This document shows, piece after piece, positions 1 through 13,155 of a stretch of 64,000 nucleotides of DNA. The position numbers and the translations under genes are program-made. The DNA is taken from NCBI RefSeq assembly GCF_006345805.1, contig NC_043006.1, positions 94,302,001-94,366,000 of the forward strand, read 5' to 3'. This DNA is from Octopus sinensis. Lineage: Eukaryota. The notes under the pieces were generated by a model. The model saw only the letters and a program-made list of their open reading frames with translations. It had not been told where the DNA came from and did no database searches. Numbering within the stretch: position 1 is the first letter of the stretch; every line of letters starts with the position of its first letter.

Positions 1-69
1 TGGGACTGAACTTGGAACCATGTGGTTGGTTAGCAAGCTACTTACCACACAGCCACTCCTGCGCCTATA
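1..69 (-). mobile_element. SINE family A, 5' tRNA-like head (continues beyond window start)
   Basis: Reverse complement reads ataggcgcaggagtggctgtgtggtaagtagcttgct..ccacatggttccaagttcagtccca (A-box/B-box-like), matching the head of the full copy at 28861. Confidence 0.85.
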
Positions 70-723
70 TTATTTAATATTTAAAAACCAGATAAAATGT
101 GTAGAAATAATGGTAAGCGTTCTTATCAAGGTGAACAAAGCCATGAAGGAATGCAGCTTTTAAAAATTTTATTTTAAAGAGTTAAATACAGGAGTGGGAT
201 AAGTGGGGAAAAAATTCAAATATGGAGGAGGTTTTCATAGAAGTACCAGTCAGATTATGAGTATGGAGTGTGAAAATGTGGGAAAATGAAAAGGGAATAA
301 AATGAAAAATTTCTGTGATGGTAAAGAAATATGAAGTCACTAATTTTGGAAAAATCATGTGTTAGATTGTAGAATAAATCTATGAGTGGAAGGAGGATGC
401 GTGAAAAATTATAAAGAAATAAATGAAGACATGAAATCAAAAAATAATAAATTACAATAATAAATTATAGGTTGAAATAGATTAGATGAAATGGAATGGG
501 GGGGTGAGAAGGGGAATAGAAGAAAATACCTGCTTAGACCAACTATGAGAAATGAAAGTATGAATTTGAATGAGATAAGGAATGAGAAAATATACCAGAA
601 AAAGTAAAGAACAGCACTTATAAAACTGAACAAAGGCAACATTATTCTTGAAAATCAGTAAAAATGAATATGTCGAAAAGAGAATCAGAATGGTTGCACA
701 AGTTCAGAGATTATTTCAATGTA

Positions 724-1458
724 CGAGGTCTGATCAATAAGTATCCGGACTGTTGCCATAGTAACTAAGCTAAAGCACGCCGAGTGAAGCCGCTTGGCAA
801 AGATTTACCTGGAACTTTGCTGTGCATGCGCATTAAGTTTTACCGTTCTAGCTCACTTCCACTATTTACAACAGTGCTTGGAAGGAAGATGTGTAGCGAG
901 TGATCGTCGCATTGACCATAGCAGAGAATGTTGTTATGGCGATATCCGCTCAGAGGCTTATGCAAAGTTGCAGAAAATGTATGGAAATCGTGGAATCACC
1001 ATCCGTAAGTTATCAGACATTGTGCAGATTAGTTATGGTTCAGTTCAACCCATCATCATTGAAGATCTGGGTATGAGATGCAAGCCTGCCACGTTTGAGC
1101 CCAAACTACTTTCAGCTAACCAAAAAGACATTCGAGTTTCAGTTGCACAAGATCTCCTTGATTGCATCGAGAATAATGAAAAGTTTTTGAAGAGTTTACT
1201 GGGCCTCTGAGCAAGTATCGCCAAGCTTTTTGGAAAAATTTGATGCAGATTCTCTGCTCAACTTTCTCTATCATGGTCAATGCGACGATCACGCGCCACA
1301 CACCTTCCTTCCAAGCACTGCTGTAGACAGCGTGAGCTAGAACGTTAAAACTTAGTACACAGCAGAGTTCAAGATCAGTTTGTACCAAGCGGCTTTACTC
1401 TGCATGCATTAGTTTTGTTACTATAGCAACAGTCCGGATACTTATTGATCAGACCATG
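724..1458. mobile_element. Non-autonomous Tc1/mariner derivative with ~230-250 bp inverted arms and TA TSD
   Basis: TA|cgaggtctgatcaataagtatccggactgttgc ... gcaacagtccggatacttattgatcagaccatg|TA. Plus strand encodes SEAYAKLQKMYG/NRGITIRKLSDIVQISYGSVQPIIIEDLGMRCKPATFEPKLLSANQK (mariner HTH and WVPHEL-equivalent region). Minus strand encodes MIEKVEQRICIKFFQK (mariner N-terminus). Confidence 0.9.
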
Positions 1459-2264
1459 TATATATTACGGTATGGCTGTAAAGGATACGCTCTGCGCACG
1501 ATCGAAAACCTCAAAATTCACTTTCGCATATGTATAGTATACAGTTTGCTGCTTTAACAGATGTGGCAAAATGGTGATGCCATTTAGAATATTAAAATGG
1601 CAAGAGCAGATTACAATGAAAGGTAATACTAAGTTAAGATAAAGTTAATATAAATGTATCTGGAGGAAAATTAGAACACTGTTCGGTCAACGTTAAGAGG
1701 ATGAGAATAACTGGCTCAAAATATTTGTCGGTCTTAAAGAACAATATTTTAGCGATAAAACTCAGAATTGGGTCTTTGGCAAAGTAAATTTCGAAGTTTC
1801 CTGAAGTACACATACTGTATGATTTATTGTTATATTTATTGCTATGAGCAGTTTTTTTTTTAATTTTCAATTTCTAAATGAAGCGATAGAATGATGTTTT
1901 ATTGCTTCGGTTAAAATTTCGAAATGTGTATGTATGATTAAAGGAGTAAGCTTTAAAACAACTGACGGTGAGACCAATGTACAACTTCGAAGATATATTA
2001 GTTTTTATATGCATTGATAAACTTGAGTCACTAGAGAGACATTTAAAGTCGAAGAAACATATATTATAATTGGCATAGACATAGTTGTAACTTGATATTT
2101 ATTTAAAAGGTTAGAATAGCTGGATGAAGTTAGTACAGCAAAGTAAGAGACTTTAACAGTAATCTTGGTACAAAAAACATTGTTAATGAAGGTTCTGGGG
2201 CAGCAAAATGTGTTTCAACACTTAGAAAAAGAAATGCTACTGCCACGTTGAAAAAGAAATTGTA

Positions 2265-2357
2265 CCATTTAAAGTTTCTCTTCCATTTCTATGACTCTGG
2301 GAGTCTGTGCCATTTAAAGTTTCTCTTCCATTTCTATGACTCTGGGAGTCTGTGCCA
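2265..2357 (+). repeat. Perfect 45-bp tandem duplication
   Basis: ccatttaaagtttctcttccatttctatgactctgggagtctgtg occurs at 2265 and 2310. Confidence 0.95.
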
Positions 2358-3576
2358 GCTGATCGTTTAGAATAAGAGATGTTTTATTCTCTTTAGAACT
2401 ACTTGTGAACACATTCTCATTTAAAGCATAGAAAAGTTTCATAAAAGTTTTTTTTATTAGTGGAAAGAATAAGCAATGGGAAGAAAAAAAATTTACTAAA
2501 TTATAAATTACATTTCTAGAGGTTAAAATGTTCATGTGGATAGCTCAAAGATCTGTTTCGTTTCGATCAAAGACGGTAGAGGGAGCTGGTTACATTTAAG
2601 ATGAATCCAACAAGTTAGCGTTGGCCGGGTGAATTCTGGGATTCAATGAAAATAAAAAGTTCTTGAGAAAACATGTAGCGTTTCTTGAATTCTGATGCAG
2701 CCCTCCTTACCCCTCCCCCGACAAGCTGAAACGGAAAACCCAGGGAAGTGACTCACAGAGAGTTAGCTATGAATAAGGAATGTTATTCCACCGACTTAAG
2801 CGTATTGTGTAGATTTAGAGTTTCATTGCATCTCTCACACCCGTAAAACCAGTGACACACTGACACACGCACACACACATATAATACATACACATATTTC
2901 TATACCTATATATATATATATATATACACACATTGTATATACAGATTGATTTAGATATACGCAAATATACGCTTACTACATAAACACCCGCTCATATGTG
3001 TGTATGTGTGTGTGCATGATACAAACATATTTCATAGAAGAATTACAGATCAAAGTAGGTAGGGTGCATTATTCATGAGGTTAATATTTCTATTTAGTTT
3101 TACAGCGGCCGTCTTTCATATAATCAAAATCTGGCTGCTGACAGAATTTTCTCGTGGTTCTTTAATAACTTAAAACTTAATGCATATTAATTTTTAAAAT
3201 GGAATAACATTTAATTGAAAACATACACTTGCATACACATATATAAACACATATTTGTGTGTGCGTACGTGCGTGTGTGAGTGTACATATACACCACATG
3301 TAGTAGCTTGTGTGTGTATGTATATATTTACATATATTACTTTGTGTATGTACTCATATAGAAATATGCATGCATACACACAGAGAAAGAGGTAAATATG
3401 TATTTATATTTACACGTAATCACACTTATGTACATCTTTAAAGATATATACTTACATGTGTTGATGTACATAGGCGTGTTAATACATATTTATATTCATC
3501 CATTTATCCAGCTGTCCCTCCCTCTCTCTTTATCTATTTATCTATCCATTTGTCTATCTATCTACCCGTTTGTATT

Positions 3577-3617
<41 letters not shown>

Positions 3618-3889
3618 GTATATGTGTGTGTCTTTTCTTGTAACCGATTACCATATTTCCGTGGTTGCAGGGGTTCGGTTGTATTTGTTCTGTAGATTAA
3701 TAAGTATTTTACCTTTAAGCATTCAATATTGGCAAATCAGACAGGAAATTTGTACAAAATCCTATTAAAAACTTAACCATTTCCAAGACTGAAACATTTA
3801 ACGACGGCTTCGAAATGGCAGAACTGGGTGGGCGTCTATGGCATACCAGAGGACAAAATAAAGCTCCTGTTTACCGTCATTTTTGTACT

Positions 3890-3956
3890 CTATCCACCCA
3901 TCCATCCATCCATCCATCCATCTATATACCTACCTACCTACCTACCCATCTGTCTG

Positions 3957-4052
<96 letters not shown>

Positions 4053-4096
4053 CCCATCTGTATATCTATCTATCTGTATATCTATCTATTTGTATG

Positions 4097-4127
<31 letters not shown>

Positions 4128-4248
4128 GTCTGTCTGCCTGTCTGTCAGTCTGTCTGTCTATCTATCTATCTACCCATCTGTATATCTATCTATCTGTATA
4201 TCTATCTATTTGTATGTCTATCTATCTATCTATCTATCTATTTGTATG

Positions 4249-4299
<51 letters not shown>

Positions 4300-4357
4300 G
4301 TCTGTCTGTCTATCTATCTACCCATCTGTCTGTATGTCTATCCATCTATCTATCTCA
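3890..4357. repeat. Compound (TCCA/TACC/TCTA/TCTG)n microsatellite with 120-bp higher-order repeat
   Basis: Blocks 4021-4120 and 4141-4240 are near-identical, including interruptions. Confidence 0.9.
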
Positions 4358-4359
4358 GA

Positions 4360-4810
4360 TAGACAGTACTTTACGCAATATGCGTGCAGTTCCAAGTAAT
4401 GGCGACTTTTGCAATAGATCTACAATTGTAGGGTTTTTCTAAGGTTTTCAAATGTTTTTTTTTTTTCAGATTGGGTGGTATTGAACCCAATGCTCTGATG
4501 ACAATAGGGATAACCTTTATGTTTGAATCACGTAGCTGCCACATTTCAGCGATCTCAATTATCAGTATTTGTGGGGAATTCCCACACGATCTTGTGATTC
4601 CCACTTTCGATTATAGCCTATGCTCCATGTTCATACCATTCCTTTGTTTTGCGAATAATAACCCAATCCGCTTTTTATGTTTTCACAGTCGTATCTACGT
4701 TTATACTCCTCTTGTGCTAGTATACTGCACTCATCCAGAATGTGATTGATACTTTCGTCTCATTTCCTACAGATTCTACATTTGCTGCGTGATTGAGTTT
4801 TGCTGATTTT
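4360..4810 (-). mobile_element. R4/Dong-type (RLE) non-LTR retrotransposon 3' fragment
   Basis: Minus strand: CRICRK*DESINHILDECSILAQEEYKRRYD (CCHC knuckle) then IEIAEMWQLRDSNIKVIPIVIRALGSIP...[18 protein letters not shown]; ends in (GATA)n. Confidence 0.85.
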
Positions 4811-4940
4811 TATATTTATCAGGTTCTATTTTAAGGGCTTCACAGCACAGCAGGGTGGTCCTGGTCGGCATAGAAATACTACTAAAAAGGCTAGGAGATA
4901 ACAGAGATCTTCTTCTTCTTCTTCTTCTACTTTGTTATGG

Positions 4941-5420
4941 GTGAGCTGGCACAATCCTTAGCACGTTGGACGAAACGCTTAGCGGTATTTCATCCGTCGC
5001 TACGTTCTGAGTTCAAATTCCACCAAGGTCGACTTTGCCTTTCATCCTTTCGGGGGCTATAAATTAAGTAGTAGTGAAACACTAGCAGTGAAAGACGTAA
5101 TCGACTCATCCGCTTCCCCAAAATGGCTGCCTTGTGGCAAAATTTTGAAACTATTATTATTATTGTTGTTGTTATTACTATTATTATTATCATTATTATT
5201 ATTATGATTGAGCTGGGAGACTAGTTAGCACGCCGCACAAAATACCTAGCAGTATTTCGTCTGTCTTTACGTTGTGAGTTCAAATTCCACCGAGATCGAC
5301 TTTGCCATTCATCCTTTAGGGGGCCGATAAAATGAGTAGCAGTTGAGTACTGGGGTCGATGCAACTGACTGCCCCACTCATCTGAAATCGCTGGTCTTGT
5401 GTCAAAAATGTGAAACCATT
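4941..5420 (+). mobile_element. Two tandem copies of SINE family B within (ATT)n/(ACT)n tracts
   Basis: gagctggca..ttagcacg..gagttcaaattccaccgaggtcgactttgcctttcatcctttcgggg..ccttgtggcaaaatttgaaac followed by trinucleotide repeat; copies at ~4941-5150 and ~5208-5420. Confidence 0.9.
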
Positions 5421-5664
5421 ACTACTACTACTACTACTACTACAGTTATTATTGTCATCATCATCATCATCATCATCATTACTATTATACTTCATCATGT
5501 CATAAATTTTGTGAGTTCGCTTTGTATTAACTTTCTAAATTATTTTTATATTCTTTTGTGAATGTATATTTTTACTTTCTTTAGTTTTCCACATTTTAAA
5601 TTATTCATATATATTTTAAAAATAAATAAATATCAGTAATAATAGCACGGATATCGACAAATAC

Positions 5665-5739
<75 letters not shown>

Positions 5740-5941
5740 AAGAAGAAGAAAAGAATAACAACAACAGTAACAAAAACAACACAGCACAGCCCCAGATGCA
5801 TTTTGCTTTCATTTTTGTTTCATAAAAACTTCAAATACATTCTAATTATTCTTAGCATTTTCCTGAAGCAAATAAAATTCATGATTAAATTTTGTTCAGT
5901 ATAGTATATACACACATAATTGCATACAGCACACACACGCA

Positions 5942-5988
<47 letters not shown>

Positions 5989-6143
5989 GCACGCATACAC
6001 ACACATATATATATATATATCTATGCGCTTAGTAGACACATACAAACACACGTGCACATATATATTCAACCTGGCAAAACTTTGCATCAAGTAGGTGCGG
6101 AATAGGATTTTAATCAGAAAATATGTAATAATAATAATAATAT

Positions 6144-6188
<45 letters not shown>

Positions 6189-6213
6189 GTAATAATAATA
6201 AATAATAATAATA

Positions 6214-6262
<49 letters not shown>

Positions 6263-6270
6263 TAATAATA

Positions 6271-6545
6271 AATTTCAGGCAAAAATCATATCTCCTCATA
6301 GACATGACTATCCCATTCGACATAAATGTATCTTACAAAACCTACCAAAACTGAGCAACTATAAAGACCTTGAAACAGAATTGGCAAAATGTGGAACCTC
6401 GAGAGTAATACAATAGATGTTGTCATAGATGCCCTAGGAATGAAAGCAAAAGAGGCTGATTGCTACCTAGCTCATATACCAAGAATTCCAAAAATGGAAG
6501 AAATTCAAAAAATATCCTGTCACTTTCATGGCATGCGCTGATCTT
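6271..6545 (+). mobile_element. R4/Dong-type RLE endonuclease fragment embedded in (TAA)n
   Basis: QKSYLLIDMTIPFDINVS..KLSNYKDLETE..KMWNLESNTIDVVIDALGMKAKEADCYLAHIPRIPKMEEIQKI with frameshifts; TAA repeats on both sides. Confidence 0.85.
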
Positions 6546-6566
6546 TCACTTAATAATGATAATAGT

Positions 6567-6760
6567 AATGGTTTCAAATATTCCCAATAGGGCAGTAATT
6601 TTGAGGGAGGGGTTAAAGCGAATACATCGACCCAGTGTTTAACTGGTACTTCATTTATCGACCTCGAAAGGATGACAGGTAAAGTTGACCCCGGCAGAAT
6701 TTGAACTCAGAACGTAGCGGCTGACGAAATACCGCTAAACATTTCGCCCAGTCTGTTTAA
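6567..6760 (-). mobile_element. SINE family B
   Basis: Reverse complement of the family B consensus (actggtact..atcgacc.cgaaaggatga..gaactcagaacgtagc..gacgaaataccgctaa). Confidence 0.85.
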
Positions 6761-6810
6761 CAAATGATGATGATGATGAAAATAATAATAATAATAATAA
6801 TAATAATATA

Positions 6811-6845
<35 letters not shown>

Positions 6846-6849
6846 AATA

Positions 6850-7285
6850 ATGCCCTGATGTAGCATATTGCTGTGATAATAGCATAATAGCCATGCGTTG
6901 AAAGGAATACTTTGGGGTTTGAATAATTCACCTGTGGAATCAAGGGTGTTTTGTTCATCTTCCTTCAACAACTTACATTCCAAAATCTTTTGTGCAGATT
7001 CTCCTTTAAGCATTTACTAACAAACCCTAGAGCTCCAATTATCATTGGAATGAATATGAATTCATAGTCCTGATATAGAAGCTGGAGGTTTTGAAGCAGT
7101 TGTCCATAGATATCCTCTTTTTCTTTGATTTTCAAAGAATTATTTATATCTTTAGGGCAGTTGACCTCTACGACGGTACATACCTTTGCCCTTCTGTCCC
7201 AAACAACAATATCCGGCCTGTTATGCTTACATTTGATAGAAATTTCGATGGGAATATTCCACCAGTATTCCTCGTATGTATGTCG
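6850..7285 (-). mobile_element. RLE-type non-LTR retrotransposon 3' end (third distinct family) with 3' UTR ending in (ATT/ATC)n
   Basis: ORF 6965..7366 contains YWWNIPIEISIKCKHNRPDIVVWDRRAKVCTVVEVNCPKD..KEKEDIY..IPMIIGALG, a PD-(D/E)xK restriction-like endonuclease motif. Confidence 0.85.
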
Positions 7286-7687
7286 GTAGATACCCCCACT
7301 CACACACATGTACGTATATATGCATGTATGCACACAACTCTTGTCCATGTGTAGATATAGAGGCAAAATTCCAGAGTGAAATTAGCACGAGTTTAGTATC
7401 CAAACAAGTACTCTTATAGAAAAGCCTGAGCGACGAACTTCATTAAGTTCATGGCAAACATTTCCCCTAATTTCTGGTATGAGCATTTCCTAAAAGTGTG
7501 AGTGATCCTATAAAAGGCTTCTTCATCGAAAACAAGTCAACTATGTGGGTAGTCTAACAGTTGTGATAGTGACTGCTTGGACCCTCATAGGTCCGGGCCG
7601 ACTGGAGAATCCATTATGTGTGTGTGTGTTTGTTTGTTTGTCTGTTTGTGTGTATGTGTGTGCGTCTGTGCATATGTATAAATATAA

Positions 7688-7737
<50 letters not shown>

Positions 7738-7836
7738 ATATATATACACACATATATATATACACACACATATATATATATACACACACATATATATATA
7801 TACACACACACACATATATACACACGCATATATATA

Positions 7837-7869
<33 letters not shown>

Positions 7870-7874
7870 CACAT

Positions 7875-7916
<42 letters not shown>

Positions 7917-8566
7917 AGACACGTAATGATTTAATCGGATGATCGTAGTATTCTGCAAAAAAGCCAAAACGAAAACTAGTAAAAGGGAGAATAATGTAGA
8001 ATAGATATATTAAGCTTATTGTTCTCTCCAACAAGGGAAGATAATTCAATTCTGCTCATTGTTTTCTTGTGTTTTTCTATGAAATTGTCTTCTCCGTAGA
8101 ACCAAGAGTTGAAACGTCTGGCCATGTTGTGAGCAAGCAAATATAAAAACGGCTCATACACATACATGTACACAAATGTGTATATATGTATCTGTACATA
8201 TCGTTTTCTCTCTTATGTTCAGCGTGGCAGGACATTTACTTGTGCATATGCTATCTTTCGCTTTAAGATCTTTCGATTTTGATATTTTGCCCAGATGATA
8301 TTATTACTGTCATAGTATCTGATGTTTGTTTTCTTGTTGATTTTGTCATCATACTCTTCCATGGTTATATTGATTATTTCATGTGTTTTTTTTCTTTTTT
8401 TTATTAACTGTATTTTTATGCAATTATATGTACATCTGTGTTTAAATACACACACACACGCACACATAGATGCAAATATTCCACACATATATGAACGTAT
8501 GTGCCTGTATATGTGTTTGTGTGTGTGAGTGTGTATACACAATATATATGTATATATAAACATAAA

Positions 8567-8629
<63 letters not shown>

Positions 8630-8729
8630 AACCATATTTTAGCGATATCTACACACACACACACATGTATATATTTATGTCTGTGTAGGTGAGTGTGTAT
8701 TTATATATATTAACGATCTTATCCTTATT

Positions 8730-8761
<32 letters not shown>

Positions 8762-9214
8762 AGTGTGTACGTGCGTGTGTGCGTGTGTGTATACATGCAT
8801 ACACACACAAGCACATATATATGCCTACACACGCACCCATACACATTAGATATCAAAAACCGATAAAAAGTCCTTCCACAACATATGAGCTGAATGAAAT
8901 ATCATAAAATCTCAAATATCGGCAAGTTTCAGGCGCTTCGCTATGAATACGCAAGACAACATAGCACAACATGAATTCACGAGGCCAGGAGAGTTTGCCG
9001 AGTCAGAAAACTGCGGCAGCTCAAGGCTGTAGTACGTTGTGAGTCAACGTTTTGTGCACATATTTTGAAAATGACAAAACTTTGCAGAACACAATTGGAT
9101 AGACCCTAAGAATATTCAGAACAAGATTCCAACACCCAAAGGGTTTAGCTTCAGTCCCTAAATTAAAAGACCCAATTCGGTCATGAAAGATCAGGGAACT
9201 GCACAAAGAAAGTT

Positions 9215-9499
9215 CTCCACTGAGGCACAAGTCCGGGCAAGGTTGTTTATGGAAGACCAGCAGTCACCCACGTATACCAGCCTCCCCTCTTCGCGCAACC
9301 AGTGTTATCCAAGGGAAAGGCAAAGGGGCCAGCTTGGCACCAGTGACCTCGTAACTCATTTCTACAGCTGAGTGAACTGGAGAAACATAAAATAAAGTGT
9401 TTAGCTCAAGAATACAACACACGATCCGGACCTGGAGTCGAACTCACTACTGCATGACTGTGAGCCCGATGCTCTAACTACTGGGCCATGCGACTTCAT
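9215..9499 (-). mobile_element. SINE family C-related copy (tRNA head, ctccagttcactcagctg core, different tail)
   Basis: Reverse complement: tgaagtcgcatggcccagtagttagagcatcggg..gtgagttcgactccagg..ctccagttcactcagctgtagaaatgagt. Confidence 0.8.
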
Positions 9500-9933
9500 G
9501 AATGGCTAAATTATTGCTCCAAATAAAGGTCTTCTCAGACTGCCACATTCAGAGGGCGCTCTTTGTTCTTCTCCTGTGAAATCGAGGAACTCCAAACAGC
9601 CTGCGTCTCAAATTGTAACACGTCTTCTGTCTTGTCTCTTGGAAAATAAGAGAACGGACATGGAATTAATGTTGAGACTATGAGAAAGGATTGCACAAAG
9701 CAGGGAATAGGACGGCGACAGCAGTCACTGCACTCAGACAACAAATGCGGAGGTGAACGATGAAGTGCACGCGTGCATTGGTGTTGCTCCAGCATGGACA
9801 CAAGTGGATAACAGAAGCTAAGGAGAGAAAGAAAGGATAGTACATCTACACACACACACACACTTATAAACAATCACGCACAGAGATATACGTATGTATA
9901 TATGTGGCTATGTATATATCAAGGTATATATAT

Positions 9934-9992
<59 letters not shown>

Positions 9993-9995
9993 GTG

Positions 9996-10052
<57 letters not shown>

Positions 10053-10853
10053 TTATTAATATGTATGTATAGACATATATACATAAATATAGATATAGAT
10101 ATGTGTGTGTGTGTGTGTGTGTAGTATATGTATGTATGTATGTATATGTATGTATGTATATGTATGTATGTATGTATGTATACGTACATAGACAACATAT
10201 TTTCTTTAACTAACAAAGATGAATAAAACAAGATGGAATCTTTTGATCTTTTGGAATCTTTCCTAGTTCCATTCCATTGTTGATGTCATCTTTCTCATTT
10301 TTGTTTTTTTTTTCGCTAAATAAAACATAATAAAAAAAACCAAAACTTATCCTTTCATTGTTACTGATCGCCGTTCTTACTCGCTCTTTATTCCTCTCTA
10401 TTTTCCTTTTCTGATTTTACTTCTTTGATTCTTTCTTCTTTTTTTTTTTATCCTTTCTTGGTTGATTTTGGTTGTTTGGGGCTTCGGTAGTGATTATTCT
10501 CTTTTCAGTACGGTTCTACACTGATTTCTTCTATCTTAGTATATTGTGTAGTTTAATCTAACCAAACCGAAAAGAATTTGGATTCTATTTTTTTTTTGCT
10601 TTATTTTGTAATTTTTTGTGTCAATTTACTTTGTTTTGATTCGCTCCCCCCATTTTTATTTTTTTTATTTTGCCTATGGCACTATGCTGTTATCTGCGCG
10701 TGTATGTATGCGCGCGCGCATGTCTCCATGTATTTTGTAAGCGTATATGCCTGTCTCTCAGCGTATACGTTTTATGCACATATGATTACACCTATATACA
10801 TGTGTGTGTCTGTCTGTATATAAATATATGCATGCATCTAAGTATGCACGTGA

Positions 10854-10896
<43 letters not shown>

Positions 10897-10994
10897 TACA
10901 TATATATGTATATATATATATATACACACATATTATATATGCATTATATATACACATATATATATATATATGCATATATGTAAGTATGCATGTG

Positions 10995-11037
<43 letters not shown>

Positions 11038-11139
11038 ATACATGCATAATGTATGTGTATGTATATATATGTCCATATATATATATAGTATATATATATG
11101 TATGTATATATATATATTATATATATATATATGTGGGTG

Positions 11140-11275
<136 letters not shown>

Positions 11276-11781
11276 GTGTGTGTGTGTATGTATGTGTGCA
11301 TGATGCATGCCTGTATGTACGTTTATGTATGTGCGTATGTTCCTGCAAGAGCCGTGCAGTGTATATGTGTGTGGGTGTGTGTGAGTGCATTGTGTCTGCA
11401 TGTATGTGTTCATTTCTAACTACATTTATGTGTAGTTATGCATGTTTGCATGTGAGTGTGGTTTCAATTTGTGTGTTTTTGCCATCACCAAGGTTCGTGC
11501 ATGTACTTCAATCAACTAGTTTCTGTGCATTTTGTATGAGAGGTTATGAATTTGTGTATGTTTGGGTATTGAAATATCTTTATGATTTTCTCTTTGAGTA
11601 TGTTATGCTATTACCGTCTCTCTCTGTCTTTGTCCGGCCATTCTGCCTGTCTCTATCACTGTCTGTGACCCTCCCGCTTTCTCTACCCCCCCCCATCTCT
11701 CTCTCTAGCCATTTTAATTTAACATTACTCTCTTTACGTATGTACTTGCATATGTGTGTATGTATATGTATGTGTGTGTGT

Positions 11782-11823
<42 letters not shown>

Positions 11824-11897
11824 AAGGGAGAGGGCGTGGACAGAGAAATTATGGAAAAGTCGCGTAGATGGATAGAGAGAGAGATAGATAGGTATTC

Positions 11898-12026
11898 ATT
11901 TCTGTTGAAGTGCGTAGGCTCGAAACGTAAAAGACTTTCTCACTTCACGAGCGTTAAACTAATACATCCGTTTGTTGTCTACACACCTATCTTCGTCTTT
12001 TGTTTTGTTTTGTAAATTCCAACTAA

Positions 12027-12027
<1 letters not shown>
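11898..12027 (+). mobile_element. Short Penelope-LTR-like repeat (family E) with variant hammerhead motif CUGUUGA
   Basis: ttt CTGTTGA a gtgc gtag gctc GAAA cg TA aaag, followed by the body shared with 52245-52430 and 52882-52970. Confidence 0.7.
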
Positions 12028-12109
<82 letters not shown>

Positions 12110-12135
12110 CATAGATAGATAGATAGATAGATAGT

Positions 12136-12168
<33 letters not shown>

Positions 12169-12477
12169 GAGATGAGATGAGAGGACGAATGCGTAGGGTG
12201 ATCTATGCTAACATACACCGATAAATGCAAACACGCACCCCTGCACACACGCACACAGGCGCGAGTATAGAAAGAGAAAGGTAGAGATACCAGACAAGAA
12301 AAAAATAGAGAATTTAAGAAAAGTAATACACACACACAAACGCACACAAAATGATTGACAGACAAGTATCTGGCTAGAAAAATTTTCATAATACTCAATT
12401 GCATCTTTGTAATGTTGTTCATATTGCACCCGTGTGGCGAATAAAGGAATTACTACTACTACTACTACTACTACTGA

Positions 12478-12700
12478 AAAGGCAGTGAGCGAGCTGGCAG
12501 AATTGTTAGCACGCTGGACAAAATGCTAAGCAGCGTTTCGTCCGTCTTTCATGTTCTGAGCTCAAATTCAGAAGAGGTTGACTTTGCCTTTCACCCTTTC
12601 GGGGTGGATAAAAAAGTACCAGTTGAATACTGGGTCCATTTAATCGACTTACCTACTTCCCCGAAATTGCTGGCCTTGTGCCAAAATGTGAAATCATTTA

Positions 12701-12737
<37 letters not shown>

Positions 12738-13155
12738 AAACGCGGTGAACTGGCAGAATCGTTAGGAGGTCGGTGGCGTTCGTTCTGGCTCTTTACATTC
12801 TGAGTTCAAATCCTGCTGTGACCAACTTTATCCTTAAACCTTTCCGGGTCAATAAGCTAAGGTACCATTTAAGTCTGAGGGTCGATGTAATTGGCTTGCC
12901 CTTTTCTCTCAGAATTGCTGGTCTTATGCCAAAATTATTAGTATCATTGCTTCTAATTTAGGCACAAAACCAATAATATTTAGTGGAAGAGAAACGTGAA
13001 TCCCATTATTTATCGAAAACACCAATTCCATTTCTTGTCTGGCGCTTTATTTTATTCAACCAAGAGGAACGAAAGGCAAAATTGAAATCAGCGGGATTTG
13101 AACTCGAAACATTAAAAGACGGAAGAAATACGCTCTGATGATTCCACCAACCTCT
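12478..13155. mobile_element. SINE family B cluster: two + copies (12478-12695, 12738-12940) and one - copy (12945-13155)
   Basis: Family B head, core and tail motifs, flanked or separated by (ACT)n/(ATT)n. Confidence 0.85.

Larger units (their letters stand above)
100..2550 (-). pseudogene. Highly decayed Penelope-like element ORF (RT plus GIY-YIG linker), split by the mariner derivative at 724-1458
   Basis: Frameshifted minus-strand peptides DPILSFIAKILFFKTDKYF, FPPDTFILTL/LNLVLPFIVICSCHFNILNGITI and HNLTGTSMKTSSIFEFF resemble PLE RT and pre-endonuclease segments, in the correct order. Many stops; judged by eye. Confidence 0.4.

Noticed and set aside
3815-4442. Long ORFs of YLSI/IYLS repeats
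   Set aside because: Translation of (TCTA)n microsatellite; not coding.
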